From Azolla caroliniana (lineage: Eukaryota > Plantae > Polypodiophyta), in contig JBHGNT010000012.1 of assembly GCA_043228905.1 (NCBI GenBank), positions 15,500,001 through 15,564,000 of the forward strand: a DNA stretch of 64,000 nt, in the 5' to 3' direction. Positions 25,968-39,346 of the stretch are shown piece after piece; the stretch's first letter is position 1; each line of letters starts with the position of its first letter. Position numbers and translations under genes: made by a program. The notes under the pieces are model-generated. The model saw nothing but the letters and a program-made list of their open reading frames with translations, did no database searches and was not told the origin of the DNA.

Positions 25968-27268
25968 TAGATTATAATACAAAACATATTATTTCCATTT
26001 TTTATTTCACTTAAGAAATCCATGTATATTCTATATTTCTCTAGAACATTCTAGAAATGTCAAGAGTATTCGAGAGTTCCACACCCCTCTTAGTACTAAT
26101 CCTCATCTTTTAATACTAATTCCCTCTTTCTTAGTACTATTCCTAACAAAACAATTCAGATAGATAGTCGGAAGCCTTATCTACTTGAGCATCACCCGCC
26201 TGGACCTCGCCTAGAGTAGCAAGAAGCATCCAACAATTGCACTATCTAGCATGGAGACCGAGGAGCAGTTGTCACAACATGCGAAGCCATCTGGCTCAAA
26301 CGGCTATTGAAGGATCTCCTGTTGGAGGTGTTTGATTCGACAATGATCTACTGCAACAACCTCAACAACATCCAACTAGCGAAGAACCCCATCTTCCATG
26401 CCTGAACAAAGCACATTGATGTGCATTACCATTTTGTCTGAGAACGAGTCCTCTCCAGTGAACTAATGTATGTTCAGACGGATCGGCAAACTGCTGACAT
26501 CTTCACCAAACCCTAAGGTCTTGACAAGTTGTGGCTTTCTTGGTTTCCAGCACTTCGATGTGCCGAACTTGAGGGGGAGAGGTAGATACAGAAGGGAAGA
26601 TGATGTCCAAAAAGCCAAAGCAGATGACGAATTCGATCTCGGACCAACTGAAGAATTTGGAATGTTCGGATTGGCTAAAGAAGCCGAAGACTAAAGGAAA
26701 TGTGTAGGAAGATGGGAAAAGTGAGACTCGTCAAAAGAAAGCCAGAACCAGAGCCAACCGAGCTAAGGGATGGAAAAGCCGAGAAGCTCAAGAGAGGCGG
26801 TAGAGTCGAAAAGGACAGAGTCAATTGAGCAAAGGCCAAGACCAAGACATGGGCAAATGTGGTCAAGGGCCTGAAGGAGGTCGAGGTGCGTGGGACCAGA
26901 CGGGTCAAGGAGCGCGAGCAAGGTGTGAAGATGATAGGAGAAGCCGAGAGCAACAATCGGGAAAGACAAACACGAAGATCCGACCTCAAGTTGAGCTTCA
27001 AGGGGAGTGTTGAGCGGACAAGCTCAACCTGATCTGGATCAGCTGAGTAAACCAAAGCTGGATCGGTATCCGGAAAGAAGAACTGGATCACGAGAAATAT
27101 ACACTGGAGAAATATCACGAGAATATACCCGTTTAGAATATACCATATAAAAATTCAAGAATATACTAATGACTAGAATATTCTCGAATGTACTATACTT
27201 TAGACTCTACAATATATACAAGTTCACAATCGAATCTGGACAGTTCACAGGAGTTTCGATATGGTTAA

Positions 27269-30200
27269 TGTTGAGCGAGCAAGCTCAACCGGATCCGGAT
27301 CGGCTGAATAAACCTGAGCCGAATCGGCATCCAGAAGGATGAGTCGGATCGGTATCCAAAAACAACCGGCTGGATTGGAGAGCCGGATTCGAGCAGGAAC
27401 CGGAAGCCTAGTAGTAGCCTAGACTACTAGGTAATCATTGTCTTGTAGTTAGTGTAAGTCACACCTATGAGCATTGAAGTACTTGTCAATACTTCTATCA
27501 GTTCTTTATGGACTTTGTATAAATAATGTTGTTATAGCACATTGTATGTATAGAGTTTTTAGAGTCATTTTTTGAGCCCGGTAACAACAAACAAAGAGGA
27601 GATATGGACAAAGGAATGGCGATTTCACTTCCAATAGAGAAGCAAGACCGGAGCAACTACACGTCCTGGTCATACAAGATGCACCAGTACCTGTTGCGGC
27701 ATAGATATTGGAGCTTCGTGGAATGAACGAACGAGGTAGCACCGGAGCCGACACACAGTGACTTCCCGATATGGGAGCAAGGAGCGAGCCGAGTATTGTA
27801 CAACCTTGTGTCCTGTGTGCACGATCAGATGCTCCGCTACATCAAGGATGCAAAGACGCCAAAGAAGGCCTAGGGAAATCTGAGGAAGATTTTCGCCGCG
27901 AGTACCACACCTCGTAAGTTGCAACTCCGGCAAAGAGATATGTAGGTTACGGATTACACCACCAAGATAAAGGAGATTTGCGATGCACTCGGGTCCATCA
28001 ATGTGACAGTGGACGAAGACGAGATGGTACGAATCTGCCTGGGTGGTCTAGTGCAAAGGTACGGGCCAATCCGGATAGCAATATGCATTCGGGAGAAACC
28101 ACTGTCTTTCTTCGACTTGTAATCGATGCTGATGGTCAAAGAAAACCACACAAGTGGGTCAAGGACCACTCAATCGGACGGCCGGATGTTGTACACGGAG
28201 AAAGATCGGCCCCATGGACGTGGTGGACGAGGTGGGTCGGCACGCAATGGAGGCGGCCGACAAGAGCAAGAACGGAGGCACAAAAGTTGCGCCGACAACA
28301 GTTCCGGACCCTCCACATGTAGGGGGAGTCAATGCGGCGCCAGGAACCGGCAAGGAAGGGTCGACACAGAATGCTAGTATTGTGCCAAAAAGGTTCATAG
28401 GGAAAGCGAGTGCTGGAAGAAGCGTGCTGATTCGGACAAATCCAGATATGGAAAAATCGGTCGGGAGAACCGGCAAAGCTCGCACTACGCAGAAGGATCG
28501 GAAGGATCCGGAACCGGGAAAACCGGTAAAAGGCTAGCCTTCGTGATGAAGCACAAGGCTAACTCGATGAAGAAGACTACTTCCAACATCGGAGGAAGTA
28601 TGGTACGTTGATTCCGGAGCGTCCAACCACATGACAAGCCATGAAGAAGCCGGAACAAACGGGGATTGTCGAAACCGGAGACGACACCCCTCACCCGATT
28701 GTGCATGTCGGAGAAATCCCTTTAAGCCATTTCAGACAAAAGGGGAAGGTGATGAACGTACTACACATTCCGACTATCACAAAGAACCCGATGTCCGTTG
28801 GACAAATTGTCGACCAGGGGATGCAGGTGCGGTTTACGCACCTTAGGTGCTTCATCAAGGAAGAAGGCCAGATAATTGCGCAAGGGCGTAGAGAAGGGAG
28901 GATGTTCATCCTCAACACCAATGACGTCGGCACCGCCATGTTTGCCAAAGGACAGAAGATTGAATCGGACATCGATCTCTGGCACAAGCGGATCGGCCAC
29001 GTCAATTACCAGAGGCTTCAAGACCTACCATCGAAACAAGTTGTGTTTGGATTGCTGAAATTTAGTGGCTAGAAGGCCCAAATATGTGAAGCCTGCCAAC
29101 TTGGGAAGCAACACCGGCTTCCATTCCCCACTGAACAAAACTGGAGCTGTAATAAGCTCGATCTAATCCATTTGGATGTATGGGGACTGGCACAAAATGT
29201 TAGTCTTGGCGGGAGTCAGTATTTCGTCTCCTTCATCGACAGCTACAGCCAGCACATGTGGATCCACCGCATCGAGAGGAAGAGCGATGTCTTCGAGTGT
29301 TTCCGGAACCTTCAAAGCTTAGTTGAACGGGAAACGGAGAGGAAGATCAAGTGCCTACGGCCGAATGGCAGGAAAGAATACTTTTCCGGTCAATTCAATA
29401 GCTATCTGCAGCAAAATGGAATTCGGAGGTAATTTAGCTGCAGATACACACCGGAGCAAAACAATGTGGCCGAAAGGAAGAACCGGTTGATTGTCGACGC
29501 GGCAAGGGCAATGTTGGAGGAGAAGAGCATGCTCCAATTCTACTGGGCTGAGGCAGTCCGGACGGCCATCTACATCCAAAACCGGATTGGTAACAAGATG
29601 TCAGCACATGAGCTATATTTCAGGCGAAAGCCGAATTTGAGACACCTTCGGATATTCAGTAGCATAGCATATGTGCATGTACCGGATGAGAAGCGGAGGA
29701 AGCTGGATCCGAAGTTGGAGAAATGCATCCTAGTCGGCTACTCGCATGAGCAAAAGGGTTATAAGTGTTATAACCCCCGGACTAAGCAGGTCCGAGTAAG
29801 CCGAAATGTCGAGTTTGATGAGACGGCATCATGGTACTCCCTACCGACTCCAACTCCCAACGAAGACCCGATTACGAAAGCTAAGGCTCATGAGCCCGAG
29901 GAGGTCCATATAGAAGATGACGAGCTTGAGACTCTAGAAGAGAGTCCGGACTCGTTTCGGTTTAGCGGACCGAATGAGCGACTTGGTCAAAGTGACCAGT
30001 TAGATGAAGAACCGGCGAGTAGTGGAGTCACTGCCGTGCTCTCCCTGCGCAAGGAACCGAGGAGATGGTTCACGCGCAAAGAGAAGGGGAAGAAGAAGAT
30101 TTCGAAATCCGAAACCGGCAATGTTGAGTCGGATCGGAGCGAATCCAACTCTGGAAAGGATGAAGGAAGATCTTCGGGATCGAAGTCTGTACTGGCCAAG

Positions 30201-32924
30201 AAGGGCCCCAAATCGGGTGATGGAAAGTTATGCCGGTCTTCCTGCCTGAAGAACCCCGTTACGTGATACGGGCACAATGAGTACATGGCGCATCACTATG
30301 CATACATGACCAAAGTGGCAGAAGTGCGTGAGCCAGAGAGCTACGCCAAAGCAGCAAAGGACGCAAATTGGCGTGCCGCTATGGAGGAAGAAATGCGGGT
30401 ACTCGATGCCAACGACACATGGGACCTCATTGATCCTCCCCGACACTGTAAACCGATTGGCTACAAATGGGTGTACAAGGTAAAGTACAATGCTGACGGT
30501 TCGGTTAATTGGTCCAAGGCCTGGGTAGTGGCGAAGGGATACACACAGACCCACGGAATTGACTACGACGAGACCTTTGCTCCAATACTAGGATGACGAC
30601 GGTTCGTGTGGTACTGGCGGTTGCTGTGGCAAGGGGGTGGAATCTTCACCAGATGGACGTCAAGAATGTGTTTCTTCAAGGTGATCTTGAAGAACGGGTC
30701 TATATGTTCCAACCTCCCGGATTTCAGTAAGAGATGAACAAGTCGGCGGTGTGCCGGCTTAAGAAGTCACTTTACGGTCTGAAACAAGCCCCCCGAGCTT
30801 GGAATGCGAAGATCACACACCGGTTGCATAAGATGGGGTTTGTGACCTCTAAATCCGACTCCTCGTTGTTCATCCAGCAAGGTCTGAATGGTCCGGTTTG
30901 CATCCTACTATATGTTGATGATGTAATCATCACCGGACCCAGACTCAATGAAATCGGACGAGTAAAGTCCCAACTGTCAGACGCATTTGAAATGAAGGAC
31001 CTAGGGGACCTTCATTATTTTCTTGGGATCGAGGTGATCCGAACCCCCGACAGCATATTGTTCTCACAACGACACTATGTGTTGCATATGTTGTACAAGT
31101 TCGGCATGTCGAAATGCCGACCTATTTCCACACCCCTGGACCGGAACTAGAAGCTTCGTCCCAACTCTGGACTGGCCTACGATGAGAAATTGTTCCGACA
31201 AATTGTCGGAAGCCTGATATACTTGATAATCACCCGACCCGACATCAGTTATCCAGTCGGTTTGATCAACCAATTCATGCAGACGCCAACCGAGGAGCAC
31301 CTTTAGTGCGCGCATCGAATATTGCGGTATGTGAGCAACACGAAGGACCGAGAACTGTTATACTGGCATGGTATAACTGAAGAGCTAGTCGGATACACAA
31401 ATGTCGACTCGGCTGGTGATGCGTCAAATCGCTAATCCACCTCCAATTACATGTTTTCTCTAGGTAGCGCGGTTGTTGCATGGAGCAACAAAAAGCAGCC
31501 AACAGTGGCTCTATCGAGCACTGAAGCTGAGTACCTGTGTGTTACCAATGCCACCTGTGAAGCCATCTAGCTTTGGCGACTACTGTGTGACCTCTAGATC
31601 GAGGTACCAACCCTGATCCTGATCTACTATGACAACATGAGCAGCATTCAGCTCGCCAAGAACCTCGTGTTCCATGCTCGGACGAAGCACATAGAAGTAC
31701 ACTATCACTTTGTGCGTGAGTGGGTTTTGAGCTGTGAAGTTGAACTTCGGTATGTTCAGACAGATCGGCAAGTTGCTGATATCTTCACCAAACCACTCGG
31801 ATCGGACAAGTTGCAACACTTCACCAAAATTCTTGGTGTTCAGCATCTCGACGTGCCGCACTTGAGGGGGAGAAATGGAAAGGGAACGGATGGCACCGGA
31901 CAAGGAGCCGGAGAGGAAGAAAGAACCAACAAAGGGGGAGACAAAGGGAAAAAGGAAGCAGAGTTGATGAAGGATGTCAGCACATCCGAACAAGCCAGAG
32001 CAAGCGACAGCGACGGTAGAGTCAAGAAGGATAGAGCCGACCGAAAGAAGAAGGCCAAGACCCGGACATGGTCTGATGTGGTGAAGGGCCTAAAACCAGA
32101 AGACGAGTTGGAGAACACTGACTCACGCAAGAGCGGGAACAAATCAGAGATAGCCAATTCGCTCCAACAGTTGGATTCGGAGGAGAAGGATCAACTAAAG
32201 GCCAAGCAGACACGGATGTAGTGGAAGTCGACGCCAACACGGAGACCGGTCGACAAGCACCGAAGTCGCAGTAGCAAGGGAGCTTAAATGGGCCTGTTGA
32301 GCAGATAAGCCAACCGAGGAGGTCGAGGTGCACAAAACCAAAAGGGTCGCGACAAACAGGACCGAACCGGACGAGGAGCGCAAGGCTGAGCGACGCCAGA
32401 AGGAGCTGGGTAGAAGAACCGGCTGCCACAGACACTAACACCACGATCCGACCTCAAGTTGAGCTTGAGGGGGAGTGTTGAGCGAGCAAGCTCAACTGGA
32501 TCCGGATCGGCTGAATAAGCCTGAGCCGGATCGGCATCTGGAAGGATGAGTCAGATCGGTATCCAGAAACAACCGGCCGGATCGAGGAGACAGATCGGAG
32601 AGTCGGATTAGAGCAGGAACCGGAAGCCTAGTAGTAGCCTAGACTACTAGGTAATCATTGTCTCGTAGCTAGTGTAAGTTGCACATATGAGCATTGAAGT
32701 ACCTATCAGTACTTCTGTCGGTCCTTTATGGACTTTGTATAAATAGTGTTGTTATAGCACATTGTATGTACAAAGTTTTTAGAGTCATTTTTTGAATCTA
32801 CGTTTACGTTCTGCTCTCTCTGTCTCTCCCGTGTATTAAGCTTCTCTATTAAACCTTCATCTTATTCTCTGTTGCTATCCAATTGAGCCGGTTTGTCTAA
32901 CGCTTCCGCACGATAACATTTATA
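27269..32924 (+). mobile_element. Bryco-like Copia copy B
   Basis: TSD GTTAA (27264-27268, 32925-32929); 5' LTR 27269-~27575 with U5/PBS deleted; 3' LTR 32476-32924; PPT GAGGGGGAG. Confidence 0.92.
27604..32221 (+). pseudogene. Disrupted Copia gag-pol of copy B with charged extension after RNase H
   Basis: LWHKRIGHVN, AERKNR, LYGLKQAPRAW, LYVDDVII, HARTKHIEVHYHF, ADIFTKPL; stops and frameshifts. Confidence 0.92.
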
Positions 32925-33114
32925 GTTAACATAACACAATGTACTTTGTGTGTTAAAAGTCAGAGGTTCGACTCTAGAATGTGACATTATCCCCCTTCCT
33001 ACGTCGCCTTCCCAAAATCGGTCCTTGGCTTAAGTTGATATTGTTGATGAAAATCTTAGACCACCTCCAAAGTATTTTATAAATCCTAGACAAGGAGTAA
33101 CCCTTCAAGAAGAC

Positions 33115-33903
33115 GAGGTAGTGAACACCAATAGGCATGAGCGACCATGTGCGGTCCTTGTCGGGAACTGGAACACGAATACCAACAGGCGTGAGCGACC
33201 ATGTGTGGTGCTCATGGGGAACATGAACACCAATGGGCATGAGAGACCATGTTGGTCCTCGCCGAGAGTGGGAGCACGACCATCAACAGGCGTGAGCGAC
33301 CATGTGTCATCCTCATTGGGAACTGGAACATGAACAACAGGAGGCATGAGCGACCATGTCGGTCCTTGCCGTGATCTGGAACACGAACAATAGTTGGAGT
33401 GAGCGACCATGTGCGGTCCTCACAGGGAACACAAACACCAACAGGCATGAGAGACCTTGTCGGTACTCACCGAGAGTTGGAACACGAACACCAACGGGTG
33501 TGAGCGACCATGTGTAGTCCTCACAGGTATCTGGAACATGAACAGCAGCAGGCATGAGTGACCATGTCAATCCTCATCAGGATCTGGAACACAAACAATA
33601 GCTTGAGTAAGTGACCATGTGTGGTCCTCACGAGGAACATGAACAGCAACGGGCATGAGAGACCATGTCCGTCCTCGCGAGAGTCGGAACACGAACAATA
33701 GCTGGAGTGAGCGACCATGTGTGGCCCTCATCAGGAACGGGAACGTGAGCGACCATGTGCGGTCCTCATAGAAAACACGAATGGGCATGACCGACCATGC
33801 GGCCCTCACCGAGAACTGGAACACAAATGGACGTGAGCGACCATGCATCCCTCACTGAGAACTGAACACGAATAGGCCTGAGCAACTACGGTCCTCACCG
33901 AGA
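33115..33903. repeat. Degenerate ~57-60-bp tandem array (GAGCGACCATGT core), resuming at 35666-~36140
   Basis: Core recurs more than 10 times; array continues after the 33908-35661 insertion. Confidence 0.85.
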
Positions 33904-33907
33904 ATGG

Positions 33908-35661
33908 TGTCGTGAAAATCCATCACTATGTGCAGATCGTGAGGCGGAACCACCGGGGTTATGAACGGGAAGAAAATAGGGCTTACACGCACAACACAAG
34001 GAAGGCTTACACAAACAAGGCATGAGTATTCGAACATGTTTGTGAAAAGGAGAGGTGCATGGGCAAGCCCGAATCAACCCCTAGTCACGAGGCAAATGAA
34101 TGCACGTGAGGAAGGCTTACACACGGACACACAAGGAAAAGGCTTACTTACACACACGAGAGACAGAGTTTCGAATGCCTTTGTGAAAAGAGAGGTTCAT
34201 GGGCAAGCCCGAACGCTCCCTTGTTACAAGACACACGAACGCACAAGGAAAAGGCTTACACACACGAGAGACAGAGTTTCGAATGCCTTTATGAAAAGAG
34301 AGGTGCATGGGCAAGCCCGAACACTCCCTTGTTACCAGACATGCAAACACACAAGCAAGGTTTACACACGGGAGACACAATTTCGAACGCCTTTGTGAAA
34401 GGAGAGGTGCATGGGCAAGCCCGAACGCTCCCTTGCCACAAGTCGCATGACCACACAAGCCAGGTTTACACACGGGAGACACAATTTCGAATGCCTTTGT
34501 GAAAGGAGAGGTGCATGGGCAACCCCGAATGCGCCCTTGCCACAAGTCGCACGAACACACAAGAAAGACTTACACTAACACACAAGACACGATTTTGAAC
34601 GCCTTTGTGAAAGGAGAGGTGCATGGGCAAGCCTGAATGCTCCCTTGCCACAAGTCCCACGAACACACAAGCAAGATTTACACTAACACGCAAGACACGT
34701 AAGTTTGAATGCCTTTGTGAAAGGAGAGGTGCATGGGCAAGCCCGAAACGCTCCCTTATCACAAGACACACAAACAAATAAGCACAAACGAAGATAACAT
34801 ATAAGACACGTAGGTTTGAATGCCTTTGTGAAAGGAGAGGTGCATGGGCAAGCCTGAAAAGCTCCCTTGTCACAAGACACACAAATAAATAAGCACAAAT
34901 GACGATAACAAATAAGCACAATCAAGATTTACACATAAGAAAAGTAGATGAAAGAAAATATTATTTTATATCAATATAATAGAGTCTTTTATAATATAAG
35001 AATCATGTTACAATGGGTTGGATGCGAATATGAAGGATTGTTTAGAAATGAATGGGTGAAGAGAGGTGGAGGAAAGAAGAGAGTGGAGTATAGAAGGAGT
35101 TTCTTTGTTGATGATGCCTCTCGATGTTGTTGATCCTTCTTCTTCCACTTTCCAATTGAGTAGAGCTTCTGTGTTCCTTCTCTCTCGCCCCCTTCTTCAC
35201 TAGAATAGGCTCTTATTTATAGGTTTAGGATTGCTTGCCTTTTTCCCCTAAAAAAAGCTTGTCTATATGAGTCGACTTTTATTTTACTCACTATTTCTAT
35301 TTTCTAGCCCCCAATTTCACATGCAAGATATTTTTGGAAAGCTCTTTGGGTTAGCTTTCTTATGAATCTTTTCTTTTCTAATTTGGGTATCTGACGAGGA
35401 AATTATGAGCTTTTTTCTCTACTGTGCTCCTCATATCCACGCGTGCTTCTTTTTTCTCTGCATCTTTTTCTCTACTTTTGAAAACCGCCTCTAACTTAAT
35501 ATTCATCATTATTTATTGTAAGGTTCAATACTTTGACCATTTATTTATAAGGAATTATCTTTGGAAAATGAAAAAGTATTTTTCCTAGGTCCAATAAAGT
35601 TGACTTCACAATACTAGTTTATTTGAACTACTATTTTACTTCTTTTCGAGGTGGTTTCACA
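33908..35661 (-). mobile_element. Solo LTR-like insertion of the 4-bp-TSD group
   Basis: Starts TGTCGTGAAAATCC (reverse of the U5 end of LTR 49007-50041), ends TTTCACA; flanks ATGG (33904-33907) / ACGG (35662-35665). Confidence 0.75.
34040..34900. repeat. Tandem repeat, ~105-115-bp unit, ~8 copies, related to 1720-2315
   Basis: GCCTTTGTGAAAGGAGAGGTGCATGGGCAAGCCCGAA recurs. Confidence 0.88.
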
Positions 35662-36146
35662 ACGGAACACGAACGGGCATGAGCGACCATGCGTCACTCA
35701 CCGAGAACTAGAAAACAAACGGACGTGAGTGACCATGTGGTCCTCACCGACAACTGAACACGAACAGATGTGAGCGACCATGAGGCCCTCACCAAGAACT
35801 AGAACAACAACGGGCGAAGGAGTGAAAGTGAAGTGATCGACTCGACTTCTTCTATTATGAGAAGGTAAATAGTCGAGGTTGACCCAAGAAATGGCACAAA
35901 CGGTAGCGCTAGCGAGAAACCCACGCGATCCCCACTAGGAAAGTGAGTGGTTGTGACCCCCACCGAAACTAGAAGGTGAGCGATCGAAATCGGTCCTCAC
36001 CAACAAAAAGTGGCGCGAGACTTGAACTATAACGAAAATGCATTGCAAGCGAGAAATGATCTGATCCCCACCAGGAAAGTGAGCGGTTGTGGACCCCACC
36101 GGAACTGGGAAGCTGAGCGATTGAAAACACTCCTCACCAAAACCGT

Positions 36147-37212
36147 TGTCGTGAAGATCTTCGGCAATAGTGTGAAAATCCTATAAAACCTACGAAATCG
36201 AGTATAAATCACATAGTACAATAATTGTGAAGATAACATTTTAAATAGATTTAATATCTAAGTACAAAATGATGGAGGTTTCGAATGCACTTTAATACAC
36301 GAGAAACGGACAACTAAATGTCAAGATATGAGGGTATAAAGTTTGTAAAAGGAAAGGAGAAAATTGTGAGATATCCCACATAGGCACGACAAATACAGCT
36401 CTCATCATATATAAGGTGGAGCAAAAGATATTATCTTTGTGTCTATGTGTGGAGCATAGAGAGTTCAAGGTAACTTGAACTAAGAGTGGAGGTGGGCTAG
36501 CTACTCATAAAGGGTTTTGGCCAACCAAAACCGGACCGGCGATGGAGCCGGTGATCCGGCGGCAATCCGGCGGCATCCGGCGAGGCACCGGTATCCGACG
36601 GTGCACCGGTAACCGACGGTATCCGGCAAACCGGCGTCTGACGACTAGATAAATAAATATATAAATATATTTACATATTTACATATACAAGGAGAGCAAG
36701 TAAGGATTCGAACCTTGCACCTCCAAGTTAGGAGTCAATTGGCTTACCATTAAGCCATGCTATTTAGTTGAAATTATATTTCTATCATTGTACTTTTACA
36801 TGTAAATTCTCATACATGAGAACTAAAATGAGTGACATGGTTATCATGCACCACATGTAATACATAAGCGCCAAATGGCAAACATGCAATTTATGTATGT
36901 CTTGTACCCTCACATGCATCATATGCATGAGAGCATCTATAAAAGAGGGAAGGGGGAGGAGAAAAAACACGGTTTTTTTTATGAAAATTAAGAGGAAGAA
37001 ATTCGTTATCAAATTGATGGTGTAACTTGTTTCTTAAATCCAAAGATAAAACTTCAATCAATCTTTCTCAATCGTTTAATCTCAACTTCTCTCTTTCCCA
37101 ATCTATCTTAAGTACTTTCTCGCCAAAGCTTGTATCGACTCTAAATCCTTCTGGTCCAAAACCCCGGCAGTTCCGCCTCACGATCCGCGCTTAGTGACGG
37201 ATCTTCACGACA
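36147..37212 (+). mobile_element. Solo LTR of the 49007-56908 Gypsy family
   Basis: Near-identical to 49007-50041; TSD CCGT (36143-36146, 37213-37216). Confidence 0.95.
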
Positions 37213-37980
37213 CCGTGATTCAAAATGTTACCTAAAAATGATGACAAGTAGTGTTGATGACGGCGATGGTTGGGTGAAGAGGTGCTGAAAATGATGACAT
37301 CGAAGACAAGGATGTTGATGATGGTAACTCCAGAAGCAAGGATGGTGATGATGGTAACTCTAGAAGCAAAGGCGATGACGAGGATGGGTGGTGCTTCCAG
37401 TTGGAAGGGATTCAAACTGTCACAAACACACCAAATGCGGACTAGGACGGATGAACTTGCAGCTAGATGTGGCAAGGCTAGGAACTCTAGATGTTGTGAG
37501 CGACATGAGAGCATGAAGACAAAAATAAAGATCAAGGAGACAAAGATGAGGCGAAACGAGAATACTATATTGATGTGTCAATGACTAGTGTTGAATCCCT
37601 CGAAAGGGACCAAGGATGTTACAAGTATTTATACAATTTCCGAGATTGAATTTCTCTCGAATATACTCGAGAAATATCTTGAGAATATAGCTATTTAGAA
37701 TATACCACATAATAATTCAAGAATATACTAACGACTAGAATATTCTCGAATGTACTATAAACTAGACTCTACAATATATACAAGTTCACAATCGAATGTG
37801 GACAATTCACAAGAGTTTCGATATGGTTAACATAACACAATGTATTGTGTGTGTTAAAAGTCAAAGGTTCGACTCTAGAATGTGACACTGTGTATCTTAA
37901 GCTTTCCATTAAACTTGTGCATTTTCTGTTGCTATCCAGCTAAACCGGTTTGTCTATGCTTCCGCACACTAACATTTACA

Positions 37981-39292
37981 GTTTCCCTTGGAGATGATTG
38001 TGTCATTACTAGCGCATAAGTTGGTGTGAATCTCGATTTTGTTATTTGTTGTTGCCGCTCACATCGACGCTCAAAAAGGCGATTATCACACTGTATTTCT
38101 CAACTAATAATTTTTGTAAGTTATTTTGGATCCTCAGGGAAGGTAAGAAGTAAGCCTTTCACATCATTACGAAGGCCGGAATGAAATTGATCCATTAGGG
38201 CTTGTTCATCCCAAGGAATATCACTTGTGATGAGACGAAAATTCGCAGCGATGAGACAGAAATTGGCTGTGTTATGGGCATGACCATATAATATCCTGTG
38301 GTAAGAATTTACCGTAGTATTCTATACACATGGATAAGTGTGAGGGTTAAACAAGAGTGTAAAGAAGGGGAGGATTACTTTTAATCCTCAGGATTGAGAC
38401 AACCCATTAGGCCAAGTGTGAACATGGCTAGGGGCCTTGGGTATCACTATAAATAAGAGGCCTAGCTACCCTCATTTCATTATCTTGTTGACTATGTCGA
38501 GACTCTGTCTTGTGGTGGGTCAACTCTTGTAGCGAGCACGCCAGCACCAGGTACGACTCGACGCCATGGCAGTGGTATGGGACGCCGATCGAGGCTGGAG
38601 TCCGTCTCGATCCCTTCGCTCGGGGGTGGTTGGGTGGATCGGCACCCTTCTTTCTCTCTCTCCTTTCTAGATTTATCTATTCATTTATATTCTATCCTTA
38701 TCTAATGCTTACATTAGTGTATGTCTCTAACAGGCTGCATACGTCGATGTTGGTTGATCACCTTGAAGCAATGTACGAATCTTGTTGATTGTTGTTCTTG
38801 CCCCACCTGTATCTCCGAAGCAAGCCTTAAATTCTTTGATAAATTCCTCGAAGTTATTTAGTAGAAGAGAGTTGTCTCTAATAATGGAGCAAACCACGAC
38901 AATGCTATGCAAATCAATAAGATGCCCACTAACCCGACTCGTGATGCATCTGTCGGATAACACGTGGGATGTGTTTGAATTACCAACCGTGCTTGATTCA
39001 AGAAACCCTGGAAATGCACCCTTAAACCATCAAATTTATTTGGGAGGCTGATTTTGGGCTCATTGATAATTCCTTGACCTTCTACCCTTTGTTGTTGTAA
39101 AACTACGATTTTCGACTCTAACTGTTGAACCCGTCGTGTAAACTCTTCTTCTTGTTGTTGCTTCTCCATTGTAACATTTGGTAGGTCTCCAAGTAGACAT
39201 TGATTCTCTAATTCAAGAGATGCGAACTTGGATTTAAGATTCTCCATTTCTGCAACAAGGGTAAGATATTCTTGTGAGTTGCTAGTGACCAT
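37981..39292 (-). pseudogene. Tcn1-like gag fragment
   Basis: EPKISLPNKFDG...YPTDASRVGLVG, FKACFGDT, homologous to 17230-17926. Confidence 0.85.
38270..38732 (+). mobile_element. Solo LTR, family not otherwise seen in the window
   Basis: TGTTA...TAACA ends, TSD GGCTG (38265-38269, 38733-38737), TATAAATA near 38448. Confidence 0.85.
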
Positions 39293-39346
39293 GGTTTCCT
39301 AATGTTTATAGAAGAGGATCAATGGGAGAGAAAATTTGAATCAAAC

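Larger units (their letters stand above)
22913..26148 (+). mobile_element. Internally deleted Tcn1-like chromovirus
   Basis: LTRs 22913-23389 and 25883-26148; flanks AAATG/AAACA (inferred ancestral AAACG, restores host DPKRFRQIVGS); gag, RT, IN and chromodomain remnants; G-rich PPT. Confidence 0.88.
19165..26880 (+). pseudogene. Disrupted Copia gag-pol of copy A (interrupted by 22913-26148; ~167-bp internal duplication at 20640-20975)
   Basis: YVDSGTSNYM, LWHKRI, IHSDVWGP, ARAMLEEK, LLYVDDLVI, RNase H remnants. Confidence 0.88.
27093..37887 (-). mobile_element. Non-autonomous LTR element with repeat-filled, non-coding interior
   Basis: LTR 37492-37887 matches 27105-27268 plus 32930-32987; PPT-like GGAAGGGGGATAA beside 32987; no retroelement ORF in 32988-37491. 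Confidence 0.75.
19070..37980 (+). mobile_element. Bryco-like Copia copy A; 5' LTR lost, 3' LTR split (27008-~27092 and 37888-37980)
   Basis: PBS TGGTATTAGAGC at 19070; PPT then TGTTGAGC at 27008; 37888-37980 matches the end of copy B's LTR (...GCTTCCGCAC...AACATTTACA). Confidence 0.75.
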
